Assembly (NCBI GenBank): GCA_965140705.1
Contig: OZ223300.1
Coordinates: 1,184,001-1,248,000, forward strand
Direction: 5' to 3'
Length of the DNA: 64,000 nucleotides
Source of the DNA: an uncultured Arcobacter sp.
Lineage (GTDB): Bacteria > Campylobacterota > Campylobacteria > Campylobacterales > Arcobacteraceae
Shown here piece after piece: positions 59,481 to 64,000 of the stretch. A model generated the notes under the pieces. The model ran no database searches, was not told the origin of the DNA, and saw only the letters and a program-made list of their open reading frames with translations. A program made the position numbers and the translations under genes. Each line of letters starts with the position of its first letter. Position 1 is the first letter of the stretch.

Positions 59481-61001
59481 ATGTTTACAGAAAAAAATAT
59501 ACCAAAACTAATTATATTAACTCCCATAATAACTGTTATTCTTATATCTTTTTTTAATATATACTTTTTTATAAAAAATCAAAATAACTATTTCAAAGAA
59601 GAGAGTAAAAGAGTTGAAAATGAATATATTAGAAAACAAAAAAATGTATTAAAAAGAGAAATAGAAAGTATAATAAACTATATAAATTTTCAAGTAAATA
59701 ATAACAAGAAACTAAGTGTTGAAGAGTTAAAAAATCAAATCTTAAGATATACAGAAACAATTCGTTATGGAAAGAATGGGTATATTTGGATACATGATAC
59801 TTCTTATTTCTTAAGAGCTCATCCTTTTAGAAAAAATAGTATAAATACTTATGATATTTCTTTAAAAGATGCAGTAGGTAATCTTATAACTAAAGAGTTT
59901 GTGAATAAAACAGTAAAAAAACCAAATGGTGTTTTTATAGAGTATTATTGGCAAAAACCAGAAAATAATACTCCTTCAAAAAAACTTGGTTTTTTCAGAC
60001 TTTATAAAAAATACAATTGGGTTATTGGTGCTGGATTATATATTGATGATATACAAAACTCAATAGATGAAAATAAACAGTTGTTAGAAAAAAGAATTGA
60101 TAAGTATATTAAATTGATTGTATTTGTATCCTTTTTTGTAATGATACTTATTGGTTTTATTTCATATCTTATGTCAAGAAAGATTAGTGAAGCTTTTAAA
60201 CATTACCAAGAAAATGTACAAAAAAAAGAGTTGCTTTTAGAAGATATGAATAAAAACTTAGAGAAAAAAGTCCAAGTGGCAATTGAAGAGGTTCAGAAAA
60301 AAGATAGGGCAATGCTACATCAATCGAGACTTGCTCGTATGGGTACGATGTTATCAATGATAGCTCACCAATGGAGACAACCATTAAGTGAAGTAGCTGG
60401 AATACTAATGGAGCTAGAAACTGCCTCAAAGTTTAAAAAAGCAGATGATATACTAATAAAAGAGTCAGTAGAAGAGTCTAATAAACTTATTCAATTTATG
60501 TCTTATACAATAGATGATTTTAGAAACTTTTTTAAACCAGATAAAAAGAAAGTCTATTTTTATATAGAAGATTCTTGTATGGAAGCTATTTCTTTGATTA
60601 GAGCATCTGTTAAAAACTCAAATATTAAGCTTCATTATAATATAAAAATGAATTATGAGATTTATGGTTATAAAAGAGAATTTGCACAAGTTTTATTAAA
60701 TCTTATGTCAAATGCAAAAGATATTTTAAATCAAAGAAAAATAGAAAACCCAAGAATAGATTTAGAAGTAGATTTTAAAGATGGGTATTCAATTGTAACA
60801 GTACAAGACAATGCAAATGGGGTAGAAGAAGATCACTTAGATTTAATTTTTGAGCCATACTTTACAACAAAAAGTAGTACTCAAGGTACAGGTCTTGGAC
60901 TATATATGTCTAAGATGATTATTGAAAAAAATATGGGTGGAGAGTTAAGTGTGGAAAATACAAAAGATGGAGCACTTTTTAAAGTAAAAATTAAGGCATA
61001 A
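59481..61001 (+). CDS. Cache-domain sensor histidine kinase
   Basis: Single Cache domain (RYGKNGYIWI, IEYYWQKP, WVIGAGLYIDD); IAHQWRQPL H-box; N, G1, F and G2 boxes. Confidence 0.92.
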   Translation: MFTEKNIPKLIILTPIITVILISFFNIYFFIKNQNNYFKEESKRVENEYIRKQKNVLKREIESIINYINFQVNNNKKLSVEELKNQILRYTETIRYGKNGYIWIHDTSYFLRAHPFRKNSINTYDISLKDAVGNLITKEFVNKTVKKPNGVFIEYYWQKPENNTPSKKLGFFRLYKKYNWVIGAGLYIDDIQNSIDENKQLLEKRIDKYIKLIVFVSFFVMILIGFISYLMSRKISEAFKHYQENVQKKELLLEDMNKNLEKKVQVAIEEVQKKDRAMLHQSRLARMGTMLSMIAHQWRQPLSEVAGILMELETASKFKKADDILIKESVEESNKLIQFMSYTIDDFRNFFKPDKKKVYFYIEDSCMEAISLIRASVKNSNIKLHYNIKMNYEIYGYKREFAQVLLNLMSNAKDILNQRKIENPRIDLEVDFKDGYSIVTVQDNANGVEEDHLDLIFEPYFTTKSSTQGTGLGLYMSKMIIEKNMGGELSVENTKDGALFKVKIKA

Positions 61002-61003
61002 AA

Positions 61004-61684
61004 ATGGATGAAATAGCAGAACAATTAAAAAACTATACGATTCTTTGTGTTGAAGATGAAGATGGTATTAGAAAAAGATTAGTTAATACTTTAAAATACT
61101 ATTTTGCAGAAGTTTATGAAGCATCTAATGGGGAAGAGGGATATTATGTCTATTATGATAAAAGACCAAATATTATAATATCAGATATAGAAATGCCAGA
61201 GAGAAATGGTATTCAAATGATTGAAGAGATAAGAAAAAATGATTTAACAACCATTGTTATAATGTTAACAGCATATTCAAGTGAAGAGTATCTTTTAAAT
61301 CTTATAAATCTAAATATAAATCATTATATTTTAAAACCTGTTGTTTCAGATAATTTGTTAAGTGGAATTGTAAAAGCCTTTGGAAATAGGCTACAAAAAA
61401 AAGTTATCTTCTCAGAAGAGATGTATTTTGATATGGAAAAAAGAGAACTTTATTTTAAAAATGAAAAAGTTCTTTTAAGAAAAAGAGATAAGAATTTTTT
61501 ACTCTTACTCCATGAAAATAAAAATAGAGTATTAACATATTCAATGATTGAAGAGTATATTTGGAAAGATAAAATTATGAGTATGAGTGCATTAAAAACT
61601 TTTATAAAAGAGTTAAGACAAAGATTGCCAATAGAATTAATTGAAAATGTTCCTCAAGAGGGGTATAAACTAAAACTTTATTGA
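61004..61684 (+). CDS. OmpR-family response regulator
   Basis: VEDE, ISDIEMP, LKP; winged-helix C-terminus. Confidence 0.92.
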   Translation: MDEIAEQLKNYTILCVEDEDGIRKRLVNTLKYYFAEVYEASNGEEGYYVYYDKRPNIIISDIEMPERNGIQMIEEIRKNDLTTIVIMLTAYSSEEYLLNLINLNINHYILKPVVSDNLLSGIVKAFGNRLQKKVIFSEEMYFDMEKRELYFKNEKVLLRKRDKNFLLLLHENKNRVLTYSMIEEYIWKDKIMSMSALKTFIKELRQRLPIELIENVPQEGYKLKLY

Positions 61685-61696
61685 CAATATTCAAAA

Positions 61697-61715
61697 ACTC
61701 ACTAATTACTCACTA
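61697..61715. promoter_or_regulatory. Direct-repeat response-regulator box upstream of dctP
   Basis: ACTCACTA-att-ACTCACTA with an 11-bp period. Confidence 0.55.
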
Positions 61716-61755
61716 TAAAAAACTATTATTCCTTATCTAAAAATAAGGAAAATCT

Positions 61756-62712
61756 ATGTTAAAAAAATGTTTAATTATTGCTTCACTTGCTAGTATGGTT
61801 TTTGCTGGAAATGTAAAAATGAATTTAAATGCAAGACAAGGTGCAGATAACTTTCATACTGTTGGTGCTGAGAAATTTGCTTCATTAGTAAAAAAATATA
61901 CAGACGGAACTGTTGATATTACAGTATATCCTGGTTCTTCATTAGTAAAAGGTAATCCTTTAAAAGCTGTAAAAGATGGAACTGTTGCTATGGCTGATAT
62001 GTTTATTCCTTTTACTGCTGGTGGGGGTAAAGTATTTGGTATCTCTGCTTTACCATTTATTGCTCAATCTTATGATGATGCTTATAAATTATATCAAATT
62101 TCAAAACCTGCATACGAAAAAACTGCAAGAAGATGGAATCAAAAATTACTTTATAGTGTAACTTGGCCACCATCTGGATTTTATGGAAATAAAAAGTTAG
62201 AGTCATTGGCTGATTTTGATGGTGTTAAAACTAGAACTTATGATAAAAACTCTGCTAACTTTGTAAATGGTGCAGGGGGAAATGCAGTTGCCTTACCTTG
62301 GGGAGAAGTTTACTCAGCTCTTAGAACTGGGTTAGTTAATTCTGTTATTACATCATCTACTTCAGGGGAAGATGGTAAGTTTTGGGAAGTATTAACTGAC
62401 TTTACAAAAATAAGTTATGCCTATCCTTTACAAGCAGTAACAATCAATCTTGATTATTGGAACTCTTTAAGTTCATCTCAAAAAGATGCTATGTTAAAAG
62501 CAGCAGCAGAGGTTGAAAAATCACAATGGAAAGTTGTAAAAGATGAAGACAAAGATGCACTTGATGTTATGGCAAAAAATGGTATGCATATTTGGGAAGC
62601 AAGTCCAAAGTTAAAAAAAGAGTTATCTAAGGTTGCTGATAAAATGCTAAATGAGTATTTAAAAGATGCCAACAAAGATACTAAAAAAATATTTGAAGAA
62701 TATAGAAAGTAA
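61756..62712 (+). CDS. TRAP substrate-binding protein (DctP family)
   Basis: Signal peptide; VYPGSSL, ALPF, KTRTY, LPWGEVYSAL. Confidence 0.88.
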   Translation: MLKKCLIIASLASMVFAGNVKMNLNARQGADNFHTVGAEKFASLVKKYTDGTVDITVYPGSSLVKGNPLKAVKDGTVAMADMFIPFTAGGGKVFGISALPFIAQSYDDAYKLYQISKPAYEKTARRWNQKLLYSVTWPPSGFYGNKKLESLADFDGVKTRTYDKNSANFVNGAGGNAVALPWGEVYSALRTGLVNSVITSSTSGEDGKFWEVLTDFTKISYAYPLQAVTINLDYWNSLSSSQKDAMLKAAAEVEKSQWKVVKDEDKDALDVMAKNGMHIWEASPKLKKELSKVADKMLNEYLKDANKDTKKIFEEYRK

Positions 62713-62715
62713 ATT

Positions 62716-63201
62716 ATGAAAATATTTTATTCTTTTATAAATAAGCTCTCATTGTGGGGAGCTTATTTATCATCACTTTTATTAGTATCATTAGTTTTAT
62801 TAATCTTAACAGAGGTCTTTATTAGATACTTCTTCGATATGTCCACAATGATTGCAGATGAATATAGTGGATATTTGTATTTAGCTGCAATTTTTTTAGG
62901 TTTAGCTTATACTTTTAATGAAGATGCACATATTAGAATCAATATATTAACTTCTAAAATGAGCAAAAAATCAAATAGATTTATTGATGTATTTGCTGGG
63001 TTAATTACTATTTTTATATTAGTTTTTGCCCTTTATAGAACCATTTTGTTTACTTATGATTCATATGATATGCAAATGGTCTCAGAAGGAGTTTCTGAAA
63101 CACCATTATATTTAACTCAATTAGTTATGCCAATAGGAATAAGCTTGTTTATTTTGGCAGTTTTAGCTTTTGTATTGAAAGGATTAAAAAATGATATCTG
63201 A
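62716..63201 (+). CDS. TRAP small permease (DctQ)
   Basis: DEYSGY, LAYTFNEDAHIRI; four TM helices. Confidence 0.88.
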   Translation: MKIFYSFINKLSLWGAYLSSLLLVSLVLLILTEVFIRYFFDMSTMIADEYSGYLYLAAIFLGLAYTFNEDAHIRINILTSKMSKKSNRFIDVFAGLITIFILVFALYRTILFTYDSYDMQMVSEGVSETPLYLTQLVMPIGISLFILAVLAFVLKGLKNDI

Positions 63202-64000
63202 TCCTTTAATTTTATCAATTGCTCTTGTATTCATAATGTTTGTATTTTTGTTATCTTCAATTTGGATTGGAGTTTCACTAATATTAACAGGTATTTTAGG
63301 GATGTTAATTGCTGAAAATCATTTACCCCCTGTACTTTCAATATATGATAAGATTGGTGATTTACTTGCAGCTTCTATGTATGACTCTTTAAATTCATGG
63401 TCTTTGGCAGCTTTACCAATATTTATTTTAATGGGAGAAATTTTATATAAATCATCTATTTCTACAAGATTATTAAATGGTCTAACTCCTTGGTTAAGTT
63501 TTATTCCTGGAAAACTTTTACATATAAATGTTGCAGCATGTTCACTTTTTGCAGCAATTTCAGGCTCAAGTTCAGCAACAACTGCAACAGTTGGAAAAAT
63601 CACCCTTGATGAACTTAAAAAAAGAGGTTATTCAAAATCACTTGCATTAGGTTCCCTTGCAGGAAGTGGAACATTAGGATTTTTAATTCCTCCTTCACTT
63701 ATCATGATTATTTATGGAGTATTATCAAATGTCTCAATAGGTAAGCTTTTTATGGCAGGAATTCTTCCTGGTCTTTTATTGGCAACACTTTATTCAGTTT
63801 ATATAATGATTGCTTCAAGTGTTGATAAAAGTGTAGTTCCTACAAATAATGATAAATATTCTTTAAAAGACTTTACCCATTCTTTAAAAGATTTATTTCC
63901 AGTTTTATCTTTGATTACTGTAGTGTTAGGCTCTATTTATGGTGGATTAGCAACTCCTACAGAGGCTGCTTCTTTAGGTGTATTAGGTTCAGTAATTTTA
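63191..64000 (+). CDS. TRAP large permease (DctM), truncated by the window edge
   Basis: Read by hand: MISDPLIL...ALPIFILMGE...AAISGSSSAT...LIPPS...ATPTEAA; frame open to the end of the window. Confidence 0.88.
   Translation, partial: MISDPLILSIALVFIMFVFLLSSIWIGVSLILTGILGMLIAENHLPPVLSIYDKIGDLLAASMYDSLNSWSLAALPIFILMGEILYKSSISTRLLNGLTPWLSFIPGKLLHINVAACSLFAAISGSSSATTATVGKITLDELKKRGYSKSLALGSLAGSGTLGFLIPPSLIMIIYGVLSNVSIGKLFMAGILPGLLLATLYSVYIMIASSVDKSVVPTNNDKYSLKDFTHSLKDLFPVLSLITVVLGSIYGGLATPTEAASLGVLGSVIL

Noticed and set aside
103..63603. Numerous 60-155 aa ORFs antisense to or nested within long genes (e.g. 8499..8918, 23174..23638, 48154..48579, 63319..63603)
   Set aside because: Shadow frames of well-supported genes, with no SD or recognisable motif
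1..64000. CRISPR arrays, tRNA/rRNA genes, integrases, transposases and anti-phage defence genes
   Set aside because: No regularly spaced repeats, cloverleaf-like GC-rich segments or matching protein motifs seen

Overview
This is a very AT-rich bacterial chromosomal window, most consistent with a marine or halotolerant Arcobacteraceae (Campylobacterota), based on ciaB, katA plus ankyrin, and Cache-type two-component systems. I saw no rRNA, tRNA, CRISPR array, prophage or transposase. Left end (minus strand): an ectoine/hydroxyectoine uptake and catabolism operon comprising an EctB-type aminotransferase, an SSADH-like dehydrogenase, DoeA, TeaABCD, a Zn-free MDR reductase and a Ser/Thr proline-racemase-family enzyme. 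Its unannotated 5' control region is the most striking feature of the window: a near-consensus sigma70 promoter, a strong SD, and a 49-codon leader ORF ending F-I-L-G-A-R-UAG, whose stop codon lies inside the closing helix of a three-way RNA junction. This suggests a metabolite-sensing ribosome-arrest attenuator. The rest of the window holds a YbhGFSR-like ABC exporter, ftn, ppaC, a short-form leuA with a Leu-codon leader peptide, c-di-GMP enzymes, a large NAD-GDH, a truncated globin, split LetA plus 7-MCE LetB, katA, ciaB (carrying DPP III/M49-like motifs), CIRCE-preceded htpG, a MarR-FUSC efflux operon, TAXI and DctP TRAP systems, two palindromic repeat elements, a tandem paralog pair of unknown function and a candidate anti-SD sRNA. 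All calls come from motif recognition by eye; no database search was run.
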